Translations under genes and position numbers: made by a program | Assembly: GCA_965207375.1 (NCBI GenBank) | Contig: OZ242274.1 | Span: forward strand, 736,001-800,000 | Origin: Nitrosopumilaceae archaeon | GTDB taxonomy: Archaea > Thermoproteota > Nitrososphaeria > Nitrososphaerales > Nitrosopumilaceae | Length of the DNA stretch: 64,000 bases | Reading direction: 5' to 3' | Shown: positions 50,621 to 61,087 of the stretch, piece by piece | How the letters are laid out: every line of letters starts with the position of its first letter | Numbering within the stretch: position 1 is the stretch's first letter | The notes under the pieces: model-generated | What the model saw: only the letters and a program-made list of their open reading frames with translations | Databases searched by the model: none | Told to the model about the DNA's origin: nothing

Positions 50621-51151
50621 TTAGTCATGAGCATGTGGATTTTCGCCACCCTCAATTTTTGTGAATGTACCGGCTGCTTTCTCGTGTGCTTCCAAATTTG
50701 ACTGGTCAACTTTGATAGCTTGGGGAGGACATACAGATACGCATGCCATGCACCAAATACAATCATGTTCTCTAATCGGGTCTGCCTTGTCTGTGAAATC
50801 AGTGCGTTCCTCTTTTTCAGAGCTTCCGGTACCGTCAAAGGTCTGCCCCACAACATCTTTTGCAGGAATGTCCTTTTCGGTTCTGTACCATTGAAAGACC
50901 TGCACAGGACATGCTTCAATACATGCACCATCTGCAACGCAAGAGTCCCAGTCAACTGCAACCATAGTTCCACTAACTCCTAATGGTTCGTATGTCTCAC
51001 CACGAGCTTTGTATGCTGCTTGCACATCTTCACTTGTTGAAGTTTCAGCATCAGCTCTTCCAGGGCCCCACATAAAGTGGAATGAACCATCAGAATTGTG
51101 AATCTTCCCCTTTGGCTCTAAACCGGATGGAAAATTTTCTGGAATCGGCAT
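50621..51151 (-). CDS. Zn-ferredoxin-like dicluster ferredoxin, paralog 2
   Basis: [26 protein letters not shown] and KADP...[12 protein letters not shown] motifs. Confidence 0.9.
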   Translation of the reverse strand: MPIPENFPSGLEPKGKIHNSDGSFHFMWGPGRADAETSTSEDVQAAYKARGETYEPLGVSGTMVAVDWDSCVADGACIEACPVQVFQWYRTEKDIPAKDVVGQTFDGTGSSEKEERTDFTDKADPIREHDCIWCMACVSVCPPQAIKVDQSNLEAHEKAAGTFTKIEGGENPHAHD

Positions 51152-51172
51152 GGTACAAATTTTTTCAGATCT

Positions 51173-51180
51173 TATTTAAA
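51173..51180 (-). promoter_or_regulatory. TATA box (TTTAAATA) of ferredoxin paralog 2
   Basis: About 22 bp upstream of the ATG. Confidence 0.6.
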
Positions 51181-51264
51181 CCTAGACAGCCAAAATTACT
51201 CATAACCTCTGCATAAATGTCAAATTTCCTTACGTTCATATCGTTTAATGTATCTATACAACAA

Positions 51265-51930
51265 GTGAACATAATCAAATATGACATTTACAGGGGGCCA
51301 AATATAGGAATTTACACTAGTGTAAACGACGAATTTGTCTTCATGCCTGCAGGCTTTGTAAAAACAAAGGCCGAGGTTCTAGCAAAACATCTTGAGGTAG
51401 ACTATCTTACTATTTCTGTGGGAAACACACGGGTCCTAGGAGCCCTTATGGTAGTAAACAATCACGGCCTGTTGCTGCCACAAACATCATATCCAAACGA
51501 AATTGAATTTTTGAAAAAATCCACCGGTCTAAATGTAGATGTTTTAGAAACAAAACACAATGCACTAGGAAACATGATGTCAGTAAATGACAGAGGTGCA
51601 ATAGTCTCACCCCTAATAGAGAAGGAAAACCTCAAAAAAATACAACAAGTACTTGATGTGGAGGTAATTCAAAGGAGGATTGCCGGATACAATCAGGTGG
51701 GAGCCATGACCTGCTCAAATTCATACGGCGGAATCATTCATCCTGAAACCGATGAGGAGGATCTTAAGACATTTTCCAATATAATGGGAGTAAATTTGGA
51801 GCCTGCCACTATAAACGGCGGAGTCCAATTTCTCTCATCAGGTGCACTAGTCAACAACAAATGTATAGTTGTAGGCTCATTTACAACAGGTCCAGAAATT
51901 ATGATGTTGACACGTGCTTTTGTTAATTAA
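51265..51930 (+). CDS. eif6: Translation initiation factor 6 (aIF6)
   Basis: PNIGIY, ALGN...NDRGA, GSFTTGPE pentein repeats; GTG 51265 preferred over 51217. Confidence 0.9.
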   Translation: MNIIKYDIYRGPNIGIYTSVNDEFVFMPAGFVKTKAEVLAKHLEVDYLTISVGNTRVLGALMVVNNHGLLLPQTSYPNEIEFLKKSTGLNVDVLETKHNALGNMMSVNDRGAIVSPLIEKENLKKIQQVLDVEVIQRRIAGYNQVGAMTCSNSYGGIIHPETDEEDLKTFSNIMGVNLEPATINGGVQFLSSGALVNNKCIVVGSFTTGPEIMMLTRAFVN

Positions 51931-53203
51931 ATATGCAATGCGGATAGTCTGTAATTTTTTCAAGCTCCATCTGATTCTCTGTACCGTCTGCCATGTTGCG
52001 CAATATGACATTGCCTGACTCTAATTCCTTGGGTGCCACAATTATTGCAAATTTGGACTCTGTTGCTGCCTCCATCTGTTTTTTCAACGGCTTTCCTGTC
52101 AAATCAACATCGGTTATAATATCGTAAAGGCGCAAAGTAGAAGCAAGGCGCATTGCAACTTTTTGCATGTTGCTATCTGTATATACCACTGAAACTCGAC
52201 GCTTTTCTGTTTTGGGCCAAACCTGCTGTTCATCCATGGTTAAAATGATTCTTTCCACGCCTCCTGCCACACCTGTTGCACCAATATCGTCTCTGCCAAA
52301 TGCACTAGTCAGCGAATCATATCTACCACCTCCTGCTAATGCACCTAGCGTTGAGCTTTTATCAAAAACCTCAAAAACCATTCCAGAATAATAGTCTAGT
52401 CCCCTGACAATTCCAAAATTAATTCGCACATTAAAAACACCGCGATTTTGAAGTGATAAAATCAGCTGTTTTAGCTCCGTCCAAGATTCAAGCTGTGCTG
52501 TATCAAATGTTGACTCTATCTCATCTATTGTGCCAGTTATCTGGGCAAACTCTAGAATTTTCTCCAATTTGAAGGTGTCATATCCCTTTATTTCAAATTC
52601 CTTTATGATCTGCTCTTTTGGTTTTTTTTGTATCTTGTCTACTGCACGTAAGATGTCTCCGACTAGATGTTTCTCTGTTGATTCAAAAATTTTGTTAATG
52701 TAGGATTCTACAAGATTCCTATGGTTTACATCGATTGTAATATTTTTAAGATTAAGAGAATCAAACAGTCTTGATGCAAACTCTATAATTTCTGCCTCTG
52801 ATTCTAATCCTGATTTTCCATATATTTCAATGTCCCACTGGTGAAAGTATCGGTATCTGCCTTTTTGAGGCTCGTCATATCTGAAAACACCTCCAAAGCT
52901 GGAGATTTTTGCAGGAAGTCTCACTGATTTTTGGGTAGCCATATAACGCGTCAGTCCTATTGTGAAATCAAAACGCAATGCGATCTCCCTGTCCCCCTTG
53001 TCTTTGAAAAAGTAAATTTCATCACGTATTGCCGAACCTGATTTTGTCTCTAAAACAGAAAGAGACTCTATGGGCGAGGGGTCCATCAGGGAAAAGCCAT
53101 ACAGGTCAGAGATCCATGTAAATTCATCTCTAATAAATTCAATTTTAGAAAACTCTTCTTTTTCAAAATCCTTCATGCCTCGAGGAAGTTCCAACGATAT
53201 CAC
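51923..53203 (-). CDS. hisS: Histidyl-tRNA synthetase
   Basis: PRGMKDF, FRYDEPQKGRYR, VRGLDYY, GGGRYD motifs. Confidence 0.97.
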   Translation of the reverse strand: MISLELPRGMKDFEKEEFSKIEFIRDEFTWISDLYGFSLMDPSPIESLSVLETKSGSAIRDEIYFFKDKGDREIALRFDFTIGLTRYMATQKSVRLPAKISSFGGVFRYDEPQKGRYRYFHQWDIEIYGKSGLESEAEIIEFASRLFDSLNLKNITIDVNHRNLVESYINKIFESTEKHLVGDILRAVDKIQKKPKEQIIKEFEIKGYDTFKLEKILEFAQITGTIDEIESTFDTAQLESWTELKQLILSLQNRGVFNVRINFGIVRGLDYYSGMVFEVFDKSSTLGALAGGGRYDSLTSAFGRDDIGATGVAGGVERIILTMDEQQVWPKTEKRRVSVVYTDSNMQKVAMRLASTLRLYDIITDVDLTGKPLKKQMEAATESKFAIIVAPKELESGNVILRNMADGTENQMELEKITDYPHCIFN

Positions 53204-53280
53204 AAATCCAAACTAATGATTTAGACTTTGCGTTATGGTACGCCAATTGAAATCATTATTTACAGGTACGGCAGGCATGA

Positions 53281-53703
53281 ATGCAATTGAGCTATAGACT
53301 TCTTGAACATGCCACAGATGCCATAGTGGAATTGGAGGCAGATACACTACAAAATGCTTTTCAAATTGCGGCTCATGCAGTAATGGATATTACTCTAAAT
53401 ACAGACTCTGTAGAAGAAAAGCAACAGCGAGAATTTGTTGCAACAGGAAAGGATTTGAGATATCTGTTGTATAGTTGGCTAGAGGAGGTCATCTATGTGC
53501 TAATAACTGAGGGATTTGCAATAAAAAAACTAACTCCAGTTATTTCAAAGGATAATGGTTACAAAATTACATGCCACTGCACAGGGGAGCCTATAGATAT
53601 ATTCAAACACGGATTTAAGGTGGAGATCAAAGCGCCTACATTTTACGACATGCAAATCAAAGAAAAATCTACGGTATACATGAGATTCTTGCTGGATCTG
53701 TAA
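53281..53703 (+). CDS. Archease
   Basis: LEHATD, EIKAPT, C-terminal LLDL. Confidence 0.9.
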   Translation: MQLSYRLLEHATDAIVELEADTLQNAFQIAAHAVMDITLNTDSVEEKQQREFVATGKDLRYLLYSWLEEVIYVLITEGFAIKKLTPVISKDNGYKITCHCTGEPIDIFKHGFKVEIKAPTFYDMQIKEKSTVYMRFLLDL

Positions 53704-53736
53704 ATGAATTAATAACTGGATAAAAAATCATCCTCT

Positions 53737-54132
53737 GTGGAAGACGAGGAACTCCAGAGACTAAAAGATAAAAAACTGCAAGAGATGATAAACGCTAGTC
53801 AAAAGCCACAAAATAGAGTCATAGAACTAGATGATTCAAATTTTGATAAAACAATTTCTGGCAATAATTTAACACTGGTAGATTTTTGGGCGCAATGGTG
53901 TGGTCCATGCAAGCTAATGCATCCCGTATTTGAAAGAATGGCAAAAAAACACAGCCAAATAAAATTTGGCAGGGTAAACGTTGATCAGAACCAACCAATT
54001 GCGGCAAGATTTGGAGTGCAGGCAATTCCGACCTTTATAATGTTTAAAAATGGTCAAGAGATTGACAAAATGATGGGCGCAGTAGGTGAGCCTGGAATCA
54101 ATATGATAATTAAAAAACACTCTGAAAACTAA
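53737..54132 (+). CDS. trxA: Thioredoxin
   Basis: DFWAQWCGPCK. Confidence 0.95.
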   Translation: MEDEELQRLKDKKLQEMINASQKPQNRVIELDDSNFDKTISGNNLTLVDFWAQWCGPCKLMHPVFERMAKKHSQIKFGRVNVDQNQPIAARFGVQAIPTFIMFKNGQEIDKMMGAVGEPGINMIIKKHSEN

Positions 54133-54263
54133 AGATTCACTGTACGTGTCTAATTCTACGCCTGACTCTGTCTCCAAAACTTGGTTTTTTGTTAATTATT
54201 ATTACCTATTTATCAGAAGAATTTATGTTTGTTTTTTAATAAAAAATATCTAAAGATAACACC

Positions 54264-55397
54264 GTGATATACAAAGCCCTAGTTGCATTTTTTATGATAT
54301 CAATACTAGTTGTACCGCCTTTAGCGCATGCAGATGTGCTGACCTTAAAAACAGACAAGCAGGTTTATGATAGAACCGATAAAATACGATTTTTGGGCAC
54401 AAGTGATGGTGGCGTACAACAAGTCACGTTAATTATTAGGGATTCCTCAGGCGACAAGGTTGAGATGTATACTGCTTATTCTGATGCAGATAGTGATTTT
54501 GAAATAAAGATGCCAAAGTCAATTAGGCATGTTTTTGACGATCCTGGAGTGTACGAAATAAGTGCGTTTACAAGCAAACAAGCAGTTGCTAGTGCAATCA
54601 GTATCAACTTACAATTTGACAAAAGTCAGGTCAAGGTGGTAAAAGTTTATGATTTAGAGCTAGAACCGATAAAAAACAAGGTAATTGACGAGGGCAAAAA
54701 ATACTCGTTTACGGCAAGAATTTCAGATAATACCATTACCGACGAAAAGTACAGGCTAGGTGTAAATACACCAGAGGGAGCAAAAATTGATTCAAAAACA
54801 GGCAAATTTACATGGACGCCCACCGAAGCACAAGGTCCAGGATCATACCTTATAGAAATTATAGTTACTGCAGGAATCTCACAAGTAAAAGAGACAATCA
54901 CCATAACCGTAAATGAAACACAAGATCCAATTATAACAAAGACACCACCAAAAACTGTACAAAATACACTAGCCTCATTTGTTGACCCAAACCAGGATCC
55001 ACAACACTATGTAGACAGATACAACAATGAAAAAGCCTACAAGCAATGGTTTGATGCAAACTTTGCACAATACTCTACAATTTATCAGGCAGTCGGACTA
55101 CCAGAGCCCTTCAAACTAGCCTCATTTGTTGACCCAAACCAGGATCCACAGCACTATGTAGACAGATACAACAATGAAAAAGCCTACAAGCAATGGTTTG
55201 ATGCAAACTTTGCACAATACTCTACAATTTATCAGGCAGTCGGACTACCAGAGCCTGATATTGGCATATGTGGAGACGGCACGAATCTTATAGACGGAGT
55301 ATGTACTGTAGTCAAGACCTCCTTTGAAAAACCGACACCGCCACAGCCAACTGTACAAGAAGAGCCACAAACATGCTTTTTGCTTTGGTGCTGGTAA
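54264..55397 (+). CDS. Secreted protein with Ig-like domains, two tandem 49-aa repeats and a CFLLWCW tail
   Basis: Signal peptide ending AHA; GAKIDSKTGKFTWTP Ig-like motif; duplicated LASFVDPNQDPQHYVDRYNNE...AVGLPEP. Confidence 0.75.
   Translation: MIYKALVAFFMISILVVPPLAHADVLTLKTDKQVYDRTDKIRFLGTSDGGVQQVTLIIRDSSGDKVEMYTAYSDADSDFEIKMPKSIRHVFDDPGVYEISAFTSKQAVASAISINLQFDKSQVKVVKVYDLELEPIKNKVIDEGKKYSFTARISDNTITDEKYRLGVNTPEGAKIDSKTGKFTWTPTEAQGPGSYLIEIIVTAGISQVKETITITVNETQDPIITKTPPKTVQNTLASFVDPNQDPQHYVDRYNNEKAYKQWFDANFAQYSTIYQAVGLPEPFKLASFVDPNQDPQHYVDRYNNEKAYKQWFDANFAQYSTIYQAVGLPEPDIGICGDGTNLIDGVCTVVKTSFEKPTPPQPTVQEEPQTCFLLWCW
54968..55255 (+). repeat. Intragenic tandem duplication: 141-bp unit x2, period 147
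   Basis: 54968-55108 versus 55115-55255; one synonymous mismatch seen. Confidence 0.9.
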
Positions 55398-55417
55398 TTT
55401 AGTATATAATTAAACGG

Positions 55418-57199
55418 TCAATAGCCATAAGCTGCATCGTTTTTCCGCTGGATTTGTACAATTTCATTTAATGTCTCTACCTGTTGTGGAGTTAATTTAT
55501 GGGTAAATTTTGTAAGCAGATCTTTTGCTTCTCTTGGATGTGGAAGCGTGTAAAATTGATCCTCTTCATTTATCTGTCTTCCAACGGTAATGCCTTGAAC
55601 AGAGCAGGCAACCTCTTCTCCTACCCTTACCTCCTTTAGAGGCTTTTTATCATCTTGCAGCTGGTGAATGAATCCTATTCTTTTTCCATTTTTGTTCATA
55701 AACTGTATTTTTTGTTTTAAAATTCCTGACTCTACCCGAATTCCAAAAACTGCCGGATCTTTGTTTCTAAACACGTATCCCTTTAGAAATGTAAACTTTG
55801 CAATCGGAGTTATTTCTGCAAATATGGCATCCTCTTGGTGGGCAGTATCATCTGTTACCCATGTGCGATAGTTGTCAATTAGGCTGTAAATCACCCTGTC
55901 CTCAAAAAATCTAATGTGGTTTTTTTCTGCCTCTTCTTTGGCATCAGGCAGTACTTTAACGTTAAATGCCAAAACTACGCCAAGATGCCTGTCATTTTCC
56001 TTTATGGCCCTAGCCTCTATGACATCTCTGCGTGTAACAGGGCCGACATCTGCTTTAGCAACAGGTACCTGTTCACGCTTTAACATTTCAGTAATTGCTT
56101 CTAGGGAGCCAATAGTATCACATTTTAAAACTATACCATTTGATTCAGTATCAATAAAGACGGATTTCATTTCATCTTGGAGCTGTTGCTTAAAGTTTGC
56201 AATTTCGTCAGATTTTGATGAAACATATAGTGTACTGCCTGGAAGAACTCCTTCTAACTCTGGAGATGCTATTTTGATACCTGATGCGGCAATAACTTTG
56301 TCAACGGGCTTGAATTTGTCTCTGGGATCACGCATCTCATCTAGCGGCTTTGGCAACAATATTGCCTTGGGTTTTGTTGTAATTACAGAATCACGTTTTG
56401 CAACTATAACTGTGTCATTTTTACTCATTGTACCGTCAATTAAAATTACATTGGCAGTCTGTCCTAGACCTATCTCGTCATTTACCTCTAAAACTATGCC
56501 TCTGCTAATTTTTTCCTGTTGATCCAATTTTTTATTGAGAAATTGCTGGGTAAGTCCTACCAAGACAGTTAGCAATTCTGGAATACCGACTCCACTTTTA
56601 GCAGATATCGGAACGATGGAAATCTCTTTTTTAAAATCCCGAACCCTGTAAAAGGCCTCTGAACTATATCCCAAAATGGAAAGTGAACCTACCACGTCGT
56701 AGATTTTCTGATCCAAATCTGCCTGAATCGAGGCATCCTGTTTTTTGATGGCCTCAGATATGAAATTACCATCTGTATTGCGCCATCCTGAAATCTGATC
56801 ACATTTGTTTAGTGCAACAACAAAGGGAACCTTTCGGCTTTCAAGAATTTTCAAACTCTCATTTGTTTGGGGTTGAAAACCACGATTTACATCAATGACT
56901 AGTATTGCAATATCTGCAGCAGAGCCCCCCCTTGCCCTCAAATTGGTAAAAACCTCGTGCCCCGGCGTATCGATAACTAAAATTCCTGGAATTTTTGTTT
57001 CTGAGGATTCTAATTTTGAATACAGCATACCGCAGGTTTCTTTGATGGTCTCTGTTGGAAGAAAGCTTGCACCTATGTGCTGTGTAATTCCGCCTGCCTC
57101 TCTGCCCTGAACGCCTGTTCCGCGAATTCTATCTAAAAGTGAGGTTTTGCCAGAATCGACATGACCTAATACGGCCACAATTGGTTGACGGATTTTCAA
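55418..57199 (-). CDS. infB: Translation initiation factor IF-2 (aIF5B)
   Basis: GHVDSGKT, EAGGITQHIGA, DTPGHE, NKCD motifs. Confidence 0.97.
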   Translation of the reverse strand: MKIRQPIVAVLGHVDSGKTSLLDRIRGTGVQGREAGGITQHIGASFLPTETIKETCGMLYSKLESSETKIPGILVIDTPGHEVFTNLRARGGSAADIAILVIDVNRGFQPQTNESLKILESRKVPFVVALNKCDQISGWRNTDGNFISEAIKKQDASIQADLDQKIYDVVGSLSILGYSSEAFYRVRDFKKEISIVPISAKSGVGIPELLTVLVGLTQQFLNKKLDQQEKISRGIVLEVNDEIGLGQTANVILIDGTMSKNDTVIVAKRDSVITTKPKAILLPKPLDEMRDPRDKFKPVDKVIAASGIKIASPELEGVLPGSTLYVSSKSDEIANFKQQLQDEMKSVFIDTESNGIVLKCDTIGSLEAITEMLKREQVPVAKADVGPVTRRDVIEARAIKENDRHLGVVLAFNVKVLPDAKEEAEKNHIRFFEDRVIYSLIDNYRTWVTDDTAHQEDAIFAEITPIAKFTFLKGYVFRNKDPAVFGIRVESGILKQKIQFMNKNGKRIGFIHQLQDDKKPLKEVRVGEEVACSVQGITVGRQINEEDQFYTLPHPREAKDLLTKFTHKLTPQQVETLNEIVQIQRKNDAAYGY

Positions 57200-57205
57200 T
57201 ACAGA

Positions 57206-57607
57206 TCACGAAAATGCTACCCTCGATTCATGTTTAAAGCTTTGTTGAGAGTCTGATGCGTGAATGATATTTTCACTAAAACCTAAGCCAAAATCACCAC
57301 GTATGGAGCCAGGTGCTGCCTCAAAGGATTTTGTTGCCCCGATCATAATGCGAGTGGTAGCAACTGCATTGTTTCCCTCTATGATGCATACCACTACAGG
57401 CCCTGATGTAATAAAGGAGGCAAGTTCTCCAAAGAATGGTTTGTCTTTGTGAACATTATAGAACTGTTCTGCCTGATCCTGTGTAAATTGAAACATTTTT
57501 AATTTTTGAATTGTAAATCCCTTTTGCTCAAATCTAGATACAATGGATCCAACTAGTTTTCTTTTAACTGCATCGGGTTTGATGATAAATAGTGTCTGTT
57601 CGGTCAT
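57206..57607 (-). CDS. ndk: Nucleoside diphosphate kinase
   Basis: IIKPD, PGSIRGDFG, NIIHASD motifs; start reassigned to ATG 57607. Confidence 0.95.
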   Translation of the reverse strand: MTEQTLFIIKPDAVKRKLVGSIVSRFEQKGFTIQKLKMFQFTQDQAEQFYNVHKDKPFFGELASFITSGPVVVCIIEGNNAVATTRIMIGATKSFEAAPGSIRGDFGLGFSENIIHASDSQQSFKHESRVAFS

Positions 57608-57807
57608 TTCTTGTGTTTGATTCCGCCCTTGACGTATTTTTTTGTCCATTTTAACTTTCTTGGATCACGCTTGAGTTCTAGCATGTTCTTTTTGCATTTT
57701 GCAGAACAAAACCACAGCACGGTTCCGTCATTTTTTATCATCATAGTGCCTGAACCTTTTGCTACGGGTCTATCACAAAAATTACACGGTTTTACTAAAA
57801 GACTCAT
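57604..57807 (-). CDS. rpl24e: 50S ribosomal protein L24e
   Basis: CNFC...G.G.M..KNDG...FCSAKC...PRKLKWT. Confidence 0.95.
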   Translation of the reverse strand: MSLLVKPCNFCDRPVAKGSGTMMIKNDGTVLWFCSAKCKKNMLELKRDPRKLKWTKKYVKGGIKHKK

Positions 57808-57816
57808 CTACAACAC

Positions 57817-58029
57817 CTACTTTATCTTCTTTGCCTCTCTTTCTGTTTCGCGTAACATCAGAGTGTCTCCCATCCTAACGGAGCCTTTGACATTTCTTGT
57901 AAGAATTCTACCCTTGTCCTTGCCTGTAATTATTTTTACTCTGACTTGGATGACCTCGCCTGCAATACCTGTTCTTCCAACAATCTGGATGACCTCAGCT
58001 TGTGTCACTGTTTCATTTTCTGTACTCAT
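57817..58029 (-). CDS. rps28e: 30S ribosomal protein S28e
   Basis: GRTG..GEV.QVRV...RNVKG.VR.GD.L.LRETERE. Confidence 0.95.
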   Translation of the reverse strand: MSTENETVTQAEVIQIVGRTGIAGEVIQVRVKIITGKDKGRILTRNVKGSVRMGDTLMLRETEREAKKIK

Positions 58030-58412
58030 TGATCAGTCTTGCCACCTTTGATTTTAGCAATTGATGAAATAACTTGGTCAATAATGTGCTGTGCATCGCC
58101 AGAGTCTAAAATGGCAGCTGCAGCCGATGTGATATCGATTCCAAGGGCCTTTCCAAGGTCTTGCTTGCTTGGAACAAACGCATATGCTGCATTTTGTTCT
58201 TCACATAAAATTGGTAAATGTGCAACTACCTCTGGAGGTTCTACGTCCTCTGCAATCACAATTAACTTGCTAGATCCTCTCTCTATTGCCTTTGTTGCCT
58301 CGTTTGTGCCCTTTTTGACCTTGCCACTTTGTGCAGCAACACGAAGTGCCTCATAAATTGGATTTACCAGATCTTCAGGCGTCTCAAATTTTACATAGTA
58401 AGCTTTACCCAT
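58026..58412 (-). CDS. rpl7ae: 50S ribosomal protein L7Ae
   Basis: [14 protein letters not shown] and [15 protein letters not shown] motifs. Confidence 0.97.
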   Translation of the reverse strand: MGKAYYVKFETPEDLVNPIYEALRVAAQSGKVKKGTNEATKAIERGSSKLIVIAEDVEPPEVVAHLPILCEEQNAAYAFVPSKQDLGKALGIDITSAAAAILDSGDAQHIIDQVISSIAKIKGGKTDQ

Positions 58413-58442
58413 AATACATCACCCTAAGGGATCATCTCCATT

Positions 58443-59822
58443 TCAACTCTGCACGCGATTGGTTTTAAAAGTGTTATTCGCAACGAGTGTTTTGATTTTT
58501 TGAACATATTGGGCAATTAGTTGTTCCAATTCTGCTTGTGAGGGTGCCTCTGCATATACTCGAACTATAGGCTCTGTACCGCTTGGTCGAATCATGACCC
58601 ATTGCCTGGTTCCGAGTGTGATTTTTATCCCATCTGTAACGTCTGCACCTGCAAATTCCTCACTTAATTGCACAATTAGGGACTTTGCCTGCTCGGCGGT
58701 GCAACAAATTCGGTCTTTTGTAGTAAAAGAATCAGGTAAGGATGCTACCAAATCTGTAATGGACTGATTTGAAGATGCAAGCAGGTCAAACATCAATCCC
58801 AAAGTCATTACACCGTCACGCACATGGTTGTGTTTTCCAAACATAAATCCACCGTTTTCTTCAAATCCAAGTATTGCATTTTCTTCAACCATGCGTCTTG
58901 ATACTTCTACGCTGCCCACCTTGGTTCTGATTACAGTTGAATCAAATTTCTGGGCTATGCCTTCAATTGCAGCTCCTGAATTCAAACACGTTACAATTTT
59001 TGAATTTGCATTTGTTAAAAGTATGTGACGTGCAAGTAAAAGTGCAGACCTCTCACCTGACAAAATATTTCCCTCATTGTCACAGAAAATACTTCTATCG
59101 CCATCACCATCAAATGCAATTCCTAGATCAGCATTGTTTTTAATTACTGCATCTGATAAATCACAAAGATTTTGTGGTGTAGGTTCTGAACCTCTGCCGG
59201 GAAAGTTCCCATCAATGTCCTCATTGATGGTAATGACATTGCAGTGCAAATCTTTACAAAAATCAGGTGCTGTAACTGATTGTGCGCCGTTGCCTAAATC
59301 TAAAACTATGGTAAATTTTCTAGATTTAATTTGCTCAGAATTTATCAGGGCAGTGATATTTTCAAGATACGTCCTTACCGCATCAGTCTCATCAGACGTA
59401 TCTCCAAGGGACGTTTGATATTTTGACCATGATTCATCAAAGTAAATATCTTCAATTATTTTTTCATCTTCTCTGGAAATTTCTACACCGTCGACTGCAC
59501 ATATCTTTATTCCGTTGTATTGCGGAGGATTGTGAGAGGCAGTAACCATGATCCCACCTGCATATTTGAGTTTTTTTGTCGCATACTCTAAACAGGGAGT
59601 GGGAACAAGACCTGCATTTTTGCAATCTATTCCACAAGCATTCAAGGTGGCACAAACGGTTCTAGCTATTATGGGACTTGATATACGCCCGTCATAACCT
59701 ACCAAGACAGGCCCTTTTTGTAGATATGTAGCAAATGAGGCTGCAAGATCGTGAACCATCTCCAAATCCAAATCCGTAGGAAAAATCCCTCGTACCCCAT
59801 TGGTTCCAAACAATTTTTTCAT
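58443..59822 (-). CDS. glmM: Phosphoglucosamine mutase / phosphomannomutase
   Basis: LFGTNGVRG, TASHNP, FDGDGDR, RPSGTEP motifs; start set at ATG 59822 because the longer ORF overlaps tRNA-Leu. Confidence 0.88.
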   Translation of the reverse strand: MKKLFGTNGVRGIFPTDLDLEMVHDLAASFATYLQKGPVLVGYDGRISSPIIARTVCATLNACGIDCKNAGLVPTPCLEYATKKLKYAGGIMVTASHNPPQYNGIKICAVDGVEISREDEKIIEDIYFDESWSKYQTSLGDTSDETDAVRTYLENITALINSEQIKSRKFTIVLDLGNGAQSVTAPDFCKDLHCNVITINEDIDGNFPGRGSEPTPQNLCDLSDAVIKNNADLGIAFDGDGDRSIFCDNEGNILSGERSALLLARHILLTNANSKIVTCLNSGAAIEGIAQKFDSTVIRTKVGSVEVSRRMVEENAILGFEENGGFMFGKHNHVRDGVMTLGLMFDLLASSNQSITDLVASLPDSFTTKDRICCTAEQAKSLIVQLSEEFAGADVTDGIKITLGTRQWVMIRPSGTEPIVRVYAEAPSQAELEQLIAQYVQKIKTLVANNTFKTNRVQS

Positions 59823-59869
59823 AATGTATATCAACAATAGATAAATTTGTGTGTAAAGGCGTCTTCCAT

Positions 59870-59957
59870 GCGGAAGTTGCCAAGCCTGGTCAAAGGCGCA
59901 GGGCTTAGGACCCTGTCTTTTAGAAGTTCGTGGGTTCAAATCCCACCTTCCGCACCA
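59870..59957 (+). tRNA. tRNA-Leu(UAG) with encoded CCA
   Basis: GCGGAAG/CTTCCGC acceptor stem, anticodon loop CTTAGGA, GGTTCAAATCC, ACCA end. Confidence 0.95.
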
Positions 59958-60449
59958 TACGTTTACTATCCAATATGTCAATTCATAAAATACTCACGCA
60001 TGGCTTGACAATGCTAGTCTTAAGATGTGTGCACGAAAATCTACGAGAGTCAATAAAACAGATTGTGCAGTTGCAGTATCGGGTCAGTTCAAATAAATTC
60101 AAATTGATAAAGATTGTAAATGAGTCATGTTGTTTATCTTGCAGCTGTTTTTTTGCATAACTGCCTTGTAATTCTAAATTATGCAGATTTTAAACAAACT
60201 GTAACGATGTAATGTTTTAAGAGAATTAACCATGTACTAATATCATACTGACTAGTTGCATTCACAGTATATAGTCAAACTCCTGACATTACTATACATG
60301 CCAAAAAATCTTTTGTATTTTATAATGTGATTTTCAAACCGTACAAGTGACGCTTTAGATGAATCGGCATTTTATTTTTTTTGTGCTGTTTGCAAATCAA
60401 CACTGTTCAACATAGAAAGACTATTAAGAATAATAAAAATTAACTAAAC

Positions 60450-60758
60450 ATGAGTAAAATTATAGTAGGCAAGTCTACAGATATCCCTCCGGGTCAAATG
60501 AAAAAGGTACCAGTCAACGGACAAGACGTTTTAGTATGTAACATTGATGGAAATTATTTTGCAATAGATGACACATGTACTCATGCAGGTGCAAGTTTGT
60601 CTGAGGGTAATCTAGATGGGTGCAAGCTAGTTTGCGGATGGCATGCAGCCGAATTTGACTGCAAAACAGGAAGATTAGAGAAATTTCCTGCCAAAATCCG
60701 GGATTTACAGGCATACAATGTGGTTGTCGAGTCAGATGACGTTTTCATAGAGATATAA
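60450..60758 (+). CDS. Rieske [2Fe-2S] ferredoxin
   Basis: CTH...CGWH Rieske motifs. Confidence 0.9.
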   Translation: MSKIIVGKSTDIPPGQMKKVPVNGQDVLVCNIDGNYFAIDDTCTHAGASLSEGNLDGCKLVCGWHAAEFDCKTGRLEKFPAKIRDLQAYNVVVESDDVFIEI

Positions 60759-60792
60759 ACAGAAATACCACTCAAAATAATGGTAATAAGAA

Positions 60793-61062
60793 ATGGCTGA
60801 TAATACACAAAACAAGGAATCAATGAAGGACGCAGTTGATACCCTAAATCAGATAAACTCAAATCCGTCTACTCCAAAAACAATCAAAAAAACAATAACG
60901 GATTTGATTGCCGAGCTAAATCGTGAAGAATATGCATTATCTGTAAGGGCAGCCAATGCAATTAGCATGCTAGACGACATTACACAAGATCCAAACATGC
61001 CATCATATGTTAGGACACAATTGTGGCAAGCAGTTTCAAAGTTAGAAGGCATAAGAGAATAA
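60793..61062 (+). CDS. UPF0147 family protein
   Basis: VRAANAIS.LDDI.QDPNMP..VRT.LW. Confidence 0.85.
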   Translation: MADNTQNKESMKDAVDTLNQINSNPSTPKTIKKTITDLIAELNREEYALSVRAANAISMLDDITQDPNMPSYVRTQLWQAVSKLEGIRE

Positions 61063-61087
61063 ATTCACCAAAAACTTTTAGTTATTT

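Noticed and set aside
59823-59981. 53-aa N-terminal extension of the mutase ORF
   Set aside because: It is the antisense reading of tRNA-Leu; the family N-terminus begins at MKKLFGT (59822).
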